Source: the human T2T-CHM13v2.0 reference genome, Homo sapiens. From it: DNA of 64,000 nt. Location of the stretch: assembly GCA_009914755.4 (NCBI GenBank), contig CP086569.2, positions 6,624,001 through 6,688,000 of the forward strand, written 5' to 3'. The position numbers were made by a program, and so were the translations under genes. Shown here one piece after another: positions 1 to 13,340 of the stretch (within the stretch, counting starts at the first letter, position 1; each line of letters opens with the position of its first letter). The notes under the pieces were generated by a model, which worked only from the letters and a program-made list of their open reading frames with translations, made no database searches and had not been told where the DNA came from.

Positions 1-233
1 TCTCAGTCCGCTGCAACTTCTGCGTCCCATGTTCAAGCGATCCTGCTGCCTCAGCCTCCCAAGTAGCTGGGATTACAAGTGTGTGCCACCACACCGGGCT
101 AATTTTTGTATTTTTAGTAGAGATGCGGTTTCGCCATGTTGGCCAGGTTCATCTGGCACTCCTGACCTCAGGTGACCCATCTGCCTTGGCTTCCAAAAGC
201 ACTGGAATTACAGGTGTGAGCCACTGAGCCCCG
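1..233 (-). mobile_element. Alu SINE (antisense, truncated by window start)
   Basis: cctcagcctcccaagtagctgggattacaag...gtgagccactgagccccgc, which is the Alu complement. Confidence 0.9.
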
Positions 234-2582
234 CAAAAGCCGTATATTCTTAGATGGTGCTCTCTTAGATTGCAGATGACAGTGGTTTTGCAATAGCATT
301 TTCAAGTTAGGAAGGAGAAAGATAGTTTTGGGTTTCTTGCAGTGTGGGGACCAGTTTTGTCATTGCCGTGGATGGTTGTGGCTCTGGTGGTACAGTGAAC
401 TTTTTGGGTTAAAATTTATTACTGGTAGTATGAATTTTGGCTGGTTAAATTTTGGAAACTTGCCTGTAATTTTATTTGATAGATGATCAAAATTGATAAG
501 TGACTTGGTAAGTGATAAAAATTCTGAATGGACTGGCTTCTGGCTTTGATCCTGCTTTGATCCTTTCCAGCTGTGCTTCTCCTACCCTCAGGCAATCCCT
601 ATCATGCTGTACTTGTCTGGCACCACTCACCCTGTCCTGACACTGGATGATTTATTTCTGAATGAATTGCTCCTGGAAGCTATTCTGACACCGTTACAGC
701 TGGCAGCAACATAACTGTCTTGGGATGCTCCTGGAGCATATAGATAGATGTAAACATAGCATTTTAGTAGCTCTACTTCCACAGTATTTTCTTTCAGAAT
801 GGGGTGTTAGAGTTGAAGGAGGCAGGGCCATGATGAAGACTGTGGGCAGTGTGTCTTTCTTTGGACATTTTCATCATGATCTGAGCTTGTGAAAACTCTG
901 CCATGGCCCTTCCTCCCACTTTGGAAGAACTGGAGCAAGAGTGGATAGCAGCTGGATTCACAGCATGGTGTGAATCACATGACAGCTCAGTCTTCGATCC
1001 CTGGGTGCTGCAGAGAGGGAAGAATCAGCCTCGCAGGGGGAGTGACTGCCAGCCCTTGTGGTCTGTCTCCTGCCACGTGTCACCATACTGAACATTTGTG
1101 TGTGCTCTGTGTGTTTTCAAAACACCTTCATCTTGCCTGCCCTGGACTCTTCCCTGTGAGGGAGGCAGGATGGGCATTACCATCTCTGTGGACCAACAAG
1201 GAGAGTGCAGCTTGCAATGCATGAGGTGGCTTCCCCATTGCTGTGGAGGCATAGAAAATGGGGGCCTTGGACACAAATCCCTGTGTTGGGATTCTGGCCA
1301 CCCATGCCTGCTGGTCACCCTCAGTTCCTCCCTGGATTTGATTCTGTGGCTCTTCTGGATGTGCATGTGAGTGTGTTATGGGTAAGTCTGTTGTTGTTGA
1401 GGGGAAGGAAGGGGAAATTAGCCAGCCAGGAATCTCTGTGCGGTGGCTGTCATGAGCTTAGCTATATCCAAGCCCTGTGTGATTGTTACTTTTCAAGGCA
1501 GCAGGGTGACTTTGAAATCAGAGGGGTATTTTCCTTATTCACAGAGACTCGGCTCTTCCCTCTGCCCCTCCTCATCATCTTCCCCCATTCCGTCCCCTCA
1601 TTCCTCTTGCTGGCTCACATACTGAGTAGGGCATCTCAGCCCTCACACAGGAGGCCATGAGAAAGAGGAGGCAGAGCTGTCAGAGTGTGACCCCTCATTT
1701 TGTGGTTGTGCAAGTGACTGCTCCTGCCCCTGAGTGGCTCTCATTCAATGGGTCAGGGGTGTAAGGGACATTGTCCAAGCTGTGTATGGGACTCTCTGTT
1801 GATGCTTGTTTTTAAATAAACTATTTGATTGAGCTTGTCTAAAATCTTCTTTGTGCCAAGTGTCAGGACAGGTGATAGAAAATTCTGACCAAACCCAAAA
1901 GTTCCAGTATCAAAATTGACAGTGATATATCCTCGCTTCTTAACACAGCCAAGAAACAGGGGTAAAGGATTATCATCCACATATGGAGAGTCCACCAGCC
2001 TTTGTGACAGTAGCTGAACACAGAACATTCTCTGCAGATGTTGCTGAGGCTTAAACTCGTTATGTTTATAAGGATAATCTGCTGTTCTTAAGAAGGTAAA
2101 AACAATTGCAAGTTTACCTGCCCTCTCCTCCTCTGCCCCCACTTAACATTCTGGTAGGGCCTAGCAGGGGGAGTTTTACAAGGAATTGGGGCAAATTACT
2201 CCAACAGATACTTCCACCTAACATCCTAAGAAGCGTGTGTAAATGCTGTTGTGAATTTTTTAACAGTATTCCAAACTCCTATTAATTATTAGGTGTTTGC
2301 TCAAGTCAAGAGCAGCAGAAATACAGGCCTTGCTATCACAGGATCTGTAGAGACCCAGGATGCTGCTAAACATCCTACAGTGTGCATCACAGCCCCCTGC
2401 CAACCAAGACATTGCTGTTTATTCTACACTTCCAAGGCCCTGACTTGAAGACTAAATTTGATTTCAGCCCAGGCTGAAGTTTGAAGCATCATTAGTGGGA
2501 AGTGAGATAGCACAACAGTGGAGGACAAAGCATGTTACTGTCAGTGCCGCAAGGGAAGTTTGAGCCAAATTGTTAAGGGATT

Positions 2583-2698
2583 GAGATGGGATTTCTTTAT
2601 GTTGGTCAGGCTGGTCTTGAACTCTTGACCTCAGGTGATCTGCCTGCCTCAGCCTCCTAAAGTGCTGGGATTGCAGGTGTGAGCCATTGTGCCCGGCC
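2583..2698 (-). mobile_element. Alu left-monomer fragment (antisense)
   Basis: ggtcaggctggtcttgaactcttgacctcaggtgatctgcc...gtgagccattgtgcccggcc. Confidence 0.85.
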
Positions 2699-4220
2699 TT
2701 CATTAGCTTATTAAGTTTTTCCTGGGATTCCCAGTCAAATCTGTGAAACAATTTTAAAGCTAGATGTTTTGTAATTATTTCTCCAGAAATCTGGAAATTT
2801 GTCCACAGGCCCACTGGGCATTGTTGATACACTGAAGTCAATTGTCTCAAGCATTTTGCGGATGTCTCTGTAGACACGAGTGTGATTAATAGAAACATAT
2901 ATTATTTTAAAGGTGTTGCTGAATTTACAGTCATTCTGTATTTTTGTCATTTGGTATTTTTTCCTGAAAGATTACATAATTTTACATAATAAAAGTGCAG
3001 CTTGCTTTCTTTATCTAGGTGATCTGTGAAACTTTTTGACACTTAAAAATTGGTTTTAATTGTATTTTGCCATGTTACTTGCAGTTTCAAGGGGGTGAAC
3101 ATAGTGGTGAAAGATTGGGTAGTACAGCAGGATCTAGCCGTATGATTACTAGCCAACCATTAAAAATAATACTTTAGAAGTGATACATTTATTGGTATGA
3201 CCAGGTGTTTACAATATATTGCAGTGGTGTTTCTGCAACCCACAAGAGACCAGCAGCCCAGCTGGGACTCTGAGAGCTTCTAAGATATGTCCCTGGAGTA
3301 AACCAGGCTGCAGCGAGGTCTGTACACTTCTGTATTGTTTACTGACTTATAAATTTGGTTTACGTAGCTAGACTTTGGTGTTGTACAATTATCACACACT
3401 GGGGGTTATTTGAAGAAGTATCCCAAGGAACTGTCTTGTGTGTTTACTGAGGATAGCATTGTATGCAGTGTACAACTTCCTCTTTCTGAGAGAAATTTTG
3501 CACGTGTCAGAAGTCTAGGAGCTGTGTTTCGGATACTTGTATCTTCTTTATTGTTTAGATACTGTGAATCCAGAATCTAACTATAGTTCCTTCTTTGAGG
3601 TCTAGGAAATTTGAATCAGTTTTACAGTTACCTTCCAAGTGATTGCAGGTTCTGTCTGATTGCAAACTTTGGGTACCACCTTCCCCTTATCAGCTTTATC
3701 TCCTTTGTCTTAGCATGATCTTCTCTTGGCCACAGTTTCCTCACCGAATTACTTTATTTTTGCTATTTTATATGTGCTTTTGGAAGCCATGCCAACTTTT
3801 TTCTCTTCTTTTCCTTAGCGGGGAGATAAAAGTGTTTCAGTAGAGGAGAGTGCTGTGGCTTCATGGAGGTTGTTGGTTTGCAGTAACTTTTGAATTCCGG
3901 TATTTTAACGACATCTTATGCTAATCTAGCTGCTTCCTGTTGAAGTATATCAGGACAAAGTATATTTCTAAATTTATTATGATGAATACTCTATTAAATT
4001 TACTATGATACATAGTCTTAAAAGCAGCCGAATTTAACATTCAGAACTGAATGATAAAGTTCCTTAATATGAGTTTAGAAAAGATTCATAATGATTAATG
4101 GAGCTCCTGCATTATCGAATTTTACTGGAATAAAAAAAATTATTAGGCTTGTAGTGGAAATTCTTTTATATCTCCGTTACTGCTGAGGAACAGTTTCCTC
4201 TAAACCCCTCATAGCCTTGA

Positions 4221-4572
<352 letters not shown>

Positions 4573-6539
4573 TAATGTTTGTTGAAAAGCAGGAAATGAA
4601 AATGAGGTATTGGAAGTAAAAGTTTTTTTTGTGTCCCATGAAACATGTATAACACATTGCTGCAGAAAGAGTGCTTAGTTATTTCTCAAATTATACAAAG
4701 GAAATATTTGCAACCTCTTCTATCATCAGTGCAGCAGTCCCAGTTGTTCTCTGTTAATCATAGCTGACAAAAATGCCCTCCAGTTTATTGCTTTGATGAG
4801 CCAGATGGTAGGCTCTGTGTTTTACATGTAATATCTCTATTCCTTCCATCGTCTGCCTAACCTAGATATCCTTCATCCCATTTTTATGAGACTCATGGGT
4901 TCTTGTCTGGGATCCCACACCTAGTAACTGACAAGATTGCAAACTAGTTCTGTCACCTGTGGAGTTTCATGACAAAGACAATTCTAGGCGATGTTGGTAT
5001 AGTGTTCTCTGCATGCCAGGGGGATTCTGTGCTCTTTCCATGTGTGAATGATGGCATCTGCTAACTTTGTTGGGAGAGTTCAGTTATCCTCTCTGTACAG
5101 GTGAGAACAGGAGGTACTGAAGACATCTGGCCCAAGAATACTATCGCTGGCATGGGGTGGGTGGTGATTCCCCCGCAGTCCTTCTGGCCCAGAATGCATG
5201 CTGTTTGTTGTCAGGCCAGCTGCATCTCAGATAGAGTGACAGGATCTGTTCATGTCACAACCAGAAAAGGCTCTGAGGCCAAGCTCCCTGTGTTGCTTCT
5301 TACTTTCATTCTGGAATCAGAGGTTCGTACCTGGAAGACTTACCTCTGCGTGGACAACTGGTAAGGTGTCACAGAGGGTGAGGTGGGCCATTGTAGCAGA
5401 GAGTTGTTAAGAGATGGACACATGGGTTTTCTCACAGGGTGCCAGGCTGGGGAATGGGAAACCATTTAAGGGACGTTGCTACTAGCCTAGACCAAAGATG
5501 AGGGGTGGGTCTAGACAGATTACACAGTGTTCATTAAGCAGGTGTAGACAGATTGCAGGGCTATTTGTGAAGCTGATTTGCTGGGGTTCTTTGGGGGTGG
5601 AAAACCTCTTATGTATGTTCATCCCACCTCCTGTTGTTGACAGATGACACCTGCACAATCAGGTCCTCCTAATTCCTCCCACCACCCAAAGTGAAATACA
5701 CAAGTCCCAGAGAACTATGTCATTCTTACCAATGTGGGCAATGTAGGATGTCAGAAACATCATCCACCCCAAGTTATGACAATCTTGAACATCTCCAGAC
5801 ATTGTCAAATGTCTCTTGGAGGGGGCACAATTATCCACAGTTGGGAACACAGGCCTAAATGCTTGGGGCCAGGGCTGACCCACTCGGTGTAGGCTAGAAC
5901 AGAATTCCCGATGACTCATCATTAGGACATTTGACACCCCCCACCTATCACCTTTTTAAAACATTTCCACTCTTGGTAAAGGTTGGGGCTTAGAAGTCAT
6001 TATGAAGACAATCATTTCCAGAGGGGTGAGAATCAGAAAGCTGGCTACTTCGGGTCTCTGCCTTGTAGGAGTTCCAGAGTGTCTTTATGAGTAGAGTGAA
6101 GCTCCAGTATTTATATGAGTGTTGGGGTTGTTTGGTGGTACAGAGTAATGCAGAAGGAGAGAACTGGGGAACTGTTCACCACCACCCAAATAGGCTACAG
6201 AGAAGAAGTCCAGGAGACTTATACTGCAACGGAGACAGGAGCACTGTGGCCGGAAGAGTGACATCCGGGTTTTCTGTGAGTGCTAATTTCTTCTGCTAGA
6301 ATGAGCACAGAAACATGTTCTCTGGAGTGAAAGTGGAACATTGTGTGGTTGATACGTGTGCAGCTGCCCATAGCAGCTCTTCCTGATGGTCTGAATATGG
6401 AGGGTGGCAGTTGGAGCAAGTTTGGTTTTTGAATAGACATGTACATGTGCCTGTGTGTGCATGCACGTACATGTTGTATATGTGTGTGCATTAGCACCCA
6501 GTTCCTGAATTGGCTAATCATTTTTTTTCCTCTTTATAG

Positions 6540-6570
6540 GCATTGATGTCCTAGGTTGTAAGGTGCTAAG
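6540..6570 (+). other. Candidate 31-bp micro-exon (non-coding or UTR)
   Basis: Acceptor ttttttttcctctttatag|GCATTG (AG 6538-6539) and donor GCTAAG|gtaagtgaat (GT 6571-6572). The evidence is splice-signal only. Confidence 0.2.
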
Positions 6571-7229
6571 GTAAGTGAATAAATTTGTCTGCTTGTGTTT
6601 AATGGCTTTGCCAAAGGGATTTGCTGGCTGTTTTGTTATATGATATTGAAGCTAATACAATTGACCTTTCCAGGTGAAGAGGGAGTCAGATGTGTTTTGC
6701 AAATGGTGGAAACTGAAGTGTGAATAGCAGGACCATATGGTGTTCAGAAACTTTTATCATAACTACAGTGAATAAATAAAGTGCCTGACAATTACATTTA
6801 GAATCATGCTTCGTCCTCATGCAAAATGTAGACAGCGCTTTGAGACACAAGGGAGAGATTAATTAGGATTCTTTTCTACCTCATGATGCAGTATGTTATC
6901 CGTGAACAAAAAATAGATTTGTATTATGTGAGGATTATCTTTCTAAAGATTGGAGTTGGATCTGTGGGGAGAGATTTGAATTGCTCTTGATTGACAATTT
7001 GATGAATTTGAAAGATCATTTTATCCTACTTAAAATGTATTATCTTTACATGTGATTTTTTTTGTCTCTAAAGATTAGTTTCTCCCTCTAAAGATTAGTT
7101 TTATGACACAAAATTTATTTTATCACTGTAATTTAAATAATAGCAAATGCTTAGAAACATACTATGCAACTGATAGCTTGTTAAAACTTTGTCGGTATTT
7201 TATTTAGAAGTAGTGATTTTGCCAGTTAG

Positions 7230-7557
<328 letters not shown>

Positions 7558-8015
7558 GAAAAGTGCAGTATTTTTTATTAAGCCTCATAAGACATAAGCC
7601 TCACAAGAGGAAGTCAAGTTTGTGCGTCTTTAGTGTCTGCTGTTCTCCTTATTTGAATAGCTCGTATGTTTAACCCTGAATTTGTAAATGCTACAAGCAT
7701 AAAAAGATTCCATGTTCTATAGGAACTACTGGATATGAAATGACTTATCTAAAGAGTAGACTAAGACATTTCTCCGTTAATCTTTACATAGAAAAATGAA
7801 TGATTTTTCCTGAATATTTGTTTCCCTTTACATACAGTGTTACTATGTCTGTTTCTCTTTGTCATAGAAAAAAAGTGATTTTCTTTGGCTTTTGATTTTG
7901 TTGTGTATTTGTTTTAAATACAAACCTATTGTATGCTTGCTGTATTCTAGATGGGGGTGGGGAGAGAAAGAAAGATACAGAGAGAGAGAAAGAAATAGAG
8001 AGATGCTACACACTT

Positions 8016-8294
8016 TGTTTTTTGAGACAGAGTCTTGCTCTGTCACCAGGCTGGAGTGCAGTGGCACAGTCTCGGCTCACTGAAACGTCCACCTCCCAGG
8101 CTTAGGCGATTCTCCTGCTTCAGCCTCGTGAGCAGTTGGGACTACAGGCATCCGCCACCACACCCACCTAATTTTTGTATTTTTAGTAGAGAGGGAGTTT
8201 CACCATGTTAGCCAGGCTGGTCTCAAATTCTTGACCTCAAGTTATTTGCTTCTGAAAGTGCTGGGATTACAGGCATGAGCCACCATGCCTGGCC
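8016..8294 (-). mobile_element. Alu SINE (antisense)
   Basis: ttttttgagacagagtcttgctctgtcaccaggctggagtgcagtggc...catgagccaccatgcctggcc, preceded by a GA-rich tract at 7960-8005. Confidence 0.9.
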
Positions 8295-8295
8295 A

Positions 8296-8480
8296 CTACA
8301 CACTTTTAAACAATGAGGTCTCATGAGAACTCTGTCACAAGATAGCACTACAGGGATGATTTTAAACCATTAGAAACTGCCTCCATGATTCAGTCACCTC
8401 CCACCAAGTCCCACCTCCAACATAGGAAATTGGAGTTTGACATTAGATTTGGGTGGGGACAACAGAGCCAAACCATATGA
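8296..8480 (-). mobile_element. MaLR (THE1/MST-type) LTR 5'-end fragment, antisense
   Basis: ...cctcccaccaagtcccacctccaacataggaaattggagtttgacattagatttgggtggggacaacagagccaaaccatatga, the reverse complement of the THE1/MST LTR start TGATATGGTTTGGCTGTGTCCCCACCCAAATCTCA... Confidence 0.55.
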
Positions 8481-10499
8481 AAGCTGTATTGAAAAGTGAT
8501 TCCCAGTCATGTGGATAGAACGATAGGCTCATGTGGTTTGAAATGGGTATACAGAAGATTTGCAGTTTGGTTTTATTCTACTTTCTATCTAGGTTCTTGG
8601 CACTAGAATGCCTGGAAAAGGATTTGTTTTATCTGCGGTATTTATGGAATGAATAAAAGCATTCAAGGAGAATGCCCTGGCTGGCCTCCTAGCTTCCTCT
8701 AGAGCATCCAGTATACAGAAGAACTGGTTCTTACCACAGCATGTGGAAAGACACATGGAGTAGTTGGCTTGCCATACAAGGAAGTTGCTGTCAGGGGCCT
8801 TGCTGTTCATTTTAGGTGTTTGGTGCTTGATTCTATTAGCCTATATATTACTCTTTTCCTAAGTACCTCAGTAGCTCCCCAAAGTGGAAATGAGCATTGT
8901 TCATAGTTCGGGGGCATAAGACCCATGTTTATGCACAAAGGGATGTTCCTGCTTATGTGATAACCATTCTACAAGGTCCTTGAGCTCCTGCAAGGAACCA
9001 TAAGGAATAAAATCATAGAATTATTATGAAAATAGTAATGGTGGGATATGGAAATTATACTAAATTTTTTCCTCTGAAACTAAGTGGAATGTCACCTGAG
9101 AGTTGGTGCTGAAGGCAGACCTGATTTTTCTGTTTTTAAAGCATTTTTGTCATAGTCGTTGTATTTGTGCTGTTCTAATATGGCAGCCACTAGCGGCATG
9201 TGACTGTTTAAGCTTAACTAAAATTAAGTAAAATTTAAAATTCAGTTTGTCAGTCACATTAGTCACATTTTGAATGTTCAGTAGCCACTTGTGTCCAGTG
9301 CGTACCTTATTAGAAAAGGAAGATATAGTGCAGAAAGTTTTACTTGACCAGAGGAACAATTCAGACATTTGCCTAGTTGGAATTCCAGGGAAGAGAGGGA
9401 AAAATATTTTAAATCTGAAGAAGAAAGAAATTTCACACCAGGAACTACAAAACAATGCATACAAATTAACCACATCAAAATATTATACCGCATCAAAGCT
9501 CATCATCATAACATCTTAGAATATTAAGATCTGTCACTTTCCTGAATTTTTCAAAAAAAGCAAATGAAGGATATTGGAATCAAAATTACATCAGATTGCT
9601 TAACATTAACACTAGAAGTCAGAAAAAAGACCTAACATGGACTTCTTTGAAAATAATATTACTCTGAGAATTTTGAAGTTGTTCCTGTCCTAATTGTTAA
9701 TTAATGATTTCCTTCAAATTTTGAAGTTATTCACATCAATTAATAATAATAATTAGTTATTCATCATTAATTGTTAATTAAGGGTAGAATAAAGGTGTTT
9801 GTCCACATTGAGGATATCAGTAAAAATTAACTTTCACATGGAAATTCTTAGAAAACTAATAAAGAATATATTCCACCAAAGTGAGGGAGTTAACCCAGTA
9901 TGAGGGAGGTTTAGGATCCTGCAGATAAAGGAAGAAGGAATTCTCAAACGTTGGGTGTTTTCAGGGCAGTGGCTCTTGCAGTACAGACTACAGACTAGAG
10001 CAGGAAACAAGAAATTTCCAAAGGAAAGTCTGGTGTGAGTTTATTGGTTAGGGGTGGGAGGGATGGGGAGGGTGTTGGTGGAGAAAGGAAACACTGACCA
10101 ATTATCTGAGAGTTTTGGTCCTGTGAAAAGTGTAATTGAGACTGTTAGAGAGTGTTGAAAGAATTATCAAATGGTACACAAAAGACTGGAATAAAAACAA
10201 AGGCAACTGACAACTCCAGGAGAATGCAAAAAGTATATAAGAAAGAAATGATTACTGCTCAGTAGTGCCCATTTATAATATTGTGAAAATACATGTGTAA
10301 TATATGATATAGCCAAAACCAGGTTATATGAGAATATTGAAAACTTACCATTGAAAATGGGAAGGTCAGTACAGAATTGGCCGTGGGAATATAGAAAAAC
10401 AAAAGTCCTTACTGTATGTATGAAAATCAGTAAGTGGTATCGAAAATCGATTTCTTAATTGGAGTATCATCAGCAAATTATTTAGAAACATAGAAGTTT

Positions 10500-10800
10500 G
10501 GCTGGGTGTGGTGGCTCATGCCTGTAGTGTCAACATTTTGGGAGGCCAGAGGGGGAAGATTGCTTGAGCTGAGGAGTTTGAGACTAGCCTTGACAACACA
10601 GTGAGACCATGTCTCTAAAAAAAATTTTTTTAATTAGCCTAGTATGATGGCATGCCCCTGTGGTCCCAACTACACAGGAAGCCGAGAGGGGGGACTGGTT
10701 GAGTCCAGGAAGTCAAGGATGCGGTGAGCTATTACAGTGCCACTGCTTTCCAGCCTGCGTGACGGTGAGACCCTGTCTCCAAACAAACAAACAAACAAAC
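10500..10800 (+). mobile_element. Alu SINE (sense) with (CAAA)n tail
   Basis: ggctgggtgtggtggctcatgcctgtagt...ccagcctgcgtgacggtgagaccctgtctccaaacaaacaaacaaacaaac. Confidence 0.9.
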
Positions 10801-11016
10801 CATGGAAGTCTATATACAGGGAACACCACCATCACCAAAAATAGTTCTAAGATTTGAAAGTGGTTGCTTTGGGAAGTGAAAATGGGGATAGATGATGCTG
10901 AAAGACTTGTAATTAATAAAAGGAGTCTTTTTGCTTCACCTGCACTTACTTTTTAAAACTTTATATGTGTATTACTTTGTGAAGAATAAAGTGCTTTGAA
11001 AAATAAAAGTGTAGAG

Positions 11017-11388
11017 CAGGGATTGCCAACCCTTTGAAAAATAAAAGTATAGAGCAGGTACTGGCCTATGGCCTGTTAGGAACCAGGCTGCACAACAGGA
11101 GGTGAGCTGCATGTGGGCCAGTGAGCTAGTGAGCGATTACCACTTTAACTCTGCCTCCTGTCAGAGCAGCAGCAGCATTAGATTCTTATAGGAGTGTGAA
11201 CCCTATTGCAAACTGTATGTGTGAGGGATCTAAGTGTCATGCTCCTTATGAGAATGTAACTAATGCCTGATGATCTGAGGTGGAACACTTTCATCCTGAA
11301 ACCTCCCCCTGCCCACCACCCCCTGTTGGTGGAAAAAATTGTCTTCCACAAAACCAGTCCCTGGTGCCAAAAAGGTTGGGCACCGCTG
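11017..11388. mobile_element. MER1-type (hAT-Charlie) non-autonomous DNA transposon
   Basis: cagggattgccaaccc...ggcctgttaggaaccaggctgcacaacaggaggtgagctgc...gtcttccacaaaaccagtccctggtgccaaaaaggttgggcaccgctg. This matches the MER1 consensus termini CAGCGGTCCCCAACCTTTTTGGCACCAGGGACCGGTTTCGTGGAAGACAAT as recalled from memory. Confidence 0.6.
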
Positions 11389-13214
11389 GTATATGGTATA
11401 CCCTCTGTAGAATTGTAGAATTGTAGAAATTTTGGCAGATGCTAACCTAGATGCCGGTGGCATTCCTCCCTGAATCCTGACAACTAAAAATGTTTCTAGA
11501 CATTGCCCTGTGTCTCTTGGGGGTCAAAATCTCCTCTCTTTTAGAACCACTGATTTCAAGGATTTTAAAGTGCATTACTAAATACACATCAATATATAAT
11601 AAACATGCTGTTTGATATTGGTAATACAGGAAACAGTAGCTTCTTTTTATAGAACTTGAACCCTGGAGCAAATGAAGTGGTTCAGAATCCTCTGGCACTA
11701 TAGTACCATTGATGCTTATACTGGTACATATATTAGTCAGAGTCTGGCTTTATGCCCGACTAACTCAGGGTTTACTAAGAAAGGAAAAGGGATCAGGAGG
11801 AACCCACAGCTTCTCTGTCATGATTCGTGGCTTCCAAAAACGTATTTTAGGTGTCTCATGTTGCTTTTATGGTACAACTTCTCTAGAGTTGAAAATATTA
11901 ATCATTATGGCAAAAATATTGCACCTTTTATATGTATTCCAGTGCTCGGTTGGCTGCAGGACAAATCGTTTTCCCTCCAGAGTTGTTTTGTAAGTTCTTT
12001 GTTATGTGTTTTCCTCTAGAATTTACACAGGAAATCAACAGGAAAATGGTATCCCAGACTTTTTGATGTGGATGAAACCTCATAAATAGTGTAAAACCTT
12101 CATTTCACAGCCGAGGAAACTAGTCCAGGGAGGGTTTCTTACAAATAAGTGGAAGCACAATGGGGCCTGGAACTCTGTTCTTCTGTTTTGTGCTTTCCTT
12201 TTAAAATATCACACGTGTGTCCAGTAATGCTGGAGGAGCAAGATAAAATGGGGAAGGGCTAGGGCATCTGATGCATCATGGGAGTTTGTTAGGATTTTCA
12301 CACCGTTACAAGTTCTCAGCATCCTCTGCAAGGGGTGTATGCCCTTAATAAGCTTAGAGAAAATGGCAAAGAGAGGCAGGAAATGTAGTTTCCATGATCT
12401 TTCTATGAGCTGCCCCTGTACCTCACTACCTTATGGCCCAGAACTGGGTGGGGGGTGTAGGCTGGTGCATTAGCATGTCTGACAGGGAAGACCCTGGCTT
12501 CCCGGTCTTGTAACTCTTGTTACTAGGGCACTTGTGGAGCCAGCGTGCACTGCCCCTGCGGCTGTTCTTAAAGCAGTGGCCAGAAGAGTGAAATTGGCCT
12601 GTACTGGTTGGGTGCGGAGCTGCTTCTTCACGGGTCCCTATGTTCTGACTGTCCTGTCCCCTCCCCTGGGATCAACCCTCCTCACCCCAGATGGTTCAGC
12701 CTATGAGGGTTAATGTCTGCCCCAGCTTAGGGGATGCTGGTGTCCCACCCAAGTCGGTTGTTCAGTATAGACAGTGCCATCTGCAGTCTGCAGGGCCGTC
12801 TTGCCCAGGTGGCCCCTTCTTCTGTTGGCTGGATGGGGCACTCTGTTCTGACCACCTTCTGTCTCCTTCCAGGCCACATCCTTTTTCCTGAGCACTGAGA
12901 GCATCACCCCACATTTTTAGAAACCTCAGCACCTCTATCTTACCCCATCCATTGCCTTTGGTACCACTCGAACCTCTTTCTATTCCTCCTCTCCTAAGTT
13001 CTCAGGCCAACCCAAGTGCCAGCTACCCCCTGTAGGTTTCCTCCACTGGGACAATGTTACACAAATATGAAAACAGGACTTTCTTCAAAGAAAATTCACA
13101 AAGGACCCACATATTTTGCTGCTGTTGTGGGGTTCAGTCTGGTTTGTTACCTGAGGCCTGCCAACAGAGAGACTGTGCAGTGGACACACCTGTGTGGTTT
13201 CAGAATGACTTCTC

Positions 13215-13340
13215 TGTGCTGGGCCCAGTGGCTCTTGCCTCTTTTACCAGCACTTTGGGAGGTCTAGGCAGAAGGATCCGTTGGGCCCAAGAATTTGAGA
13301 ACAGGCTCAGCAACATAGTGAGACTCCGTCTCTTAAAAAA
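13215..13340 (+). mobile_element. Free Alu monomer-like fragment (FLAM/FRAM-type)
   Basis: ctgggcccagtggctcttgcctcttttaccagcactttgggaggtctaggcagaaggatccgttgggcccaagaatttgagaacaggctcagcaacatagtgagactccgtctcttaaaaaaa. Confidence 0.6.

Noticed and set aside
1205-1660. 151-aa ORF on the + strand
   Set aside because: It is proline/leucine-rich and low-complexity with no recognisable family. The gtaagt-like motif at 1386 is isolated.
5085-5110. Splice-like motif ...ttatcctctctgtacag|gtgagaacagg
   Set aside because: It reads equally well as an acceptor (pyrimidine tract + AG) or a donor (CAG|gtgaga). There is no partner site and no coding potential on either side that I can support.
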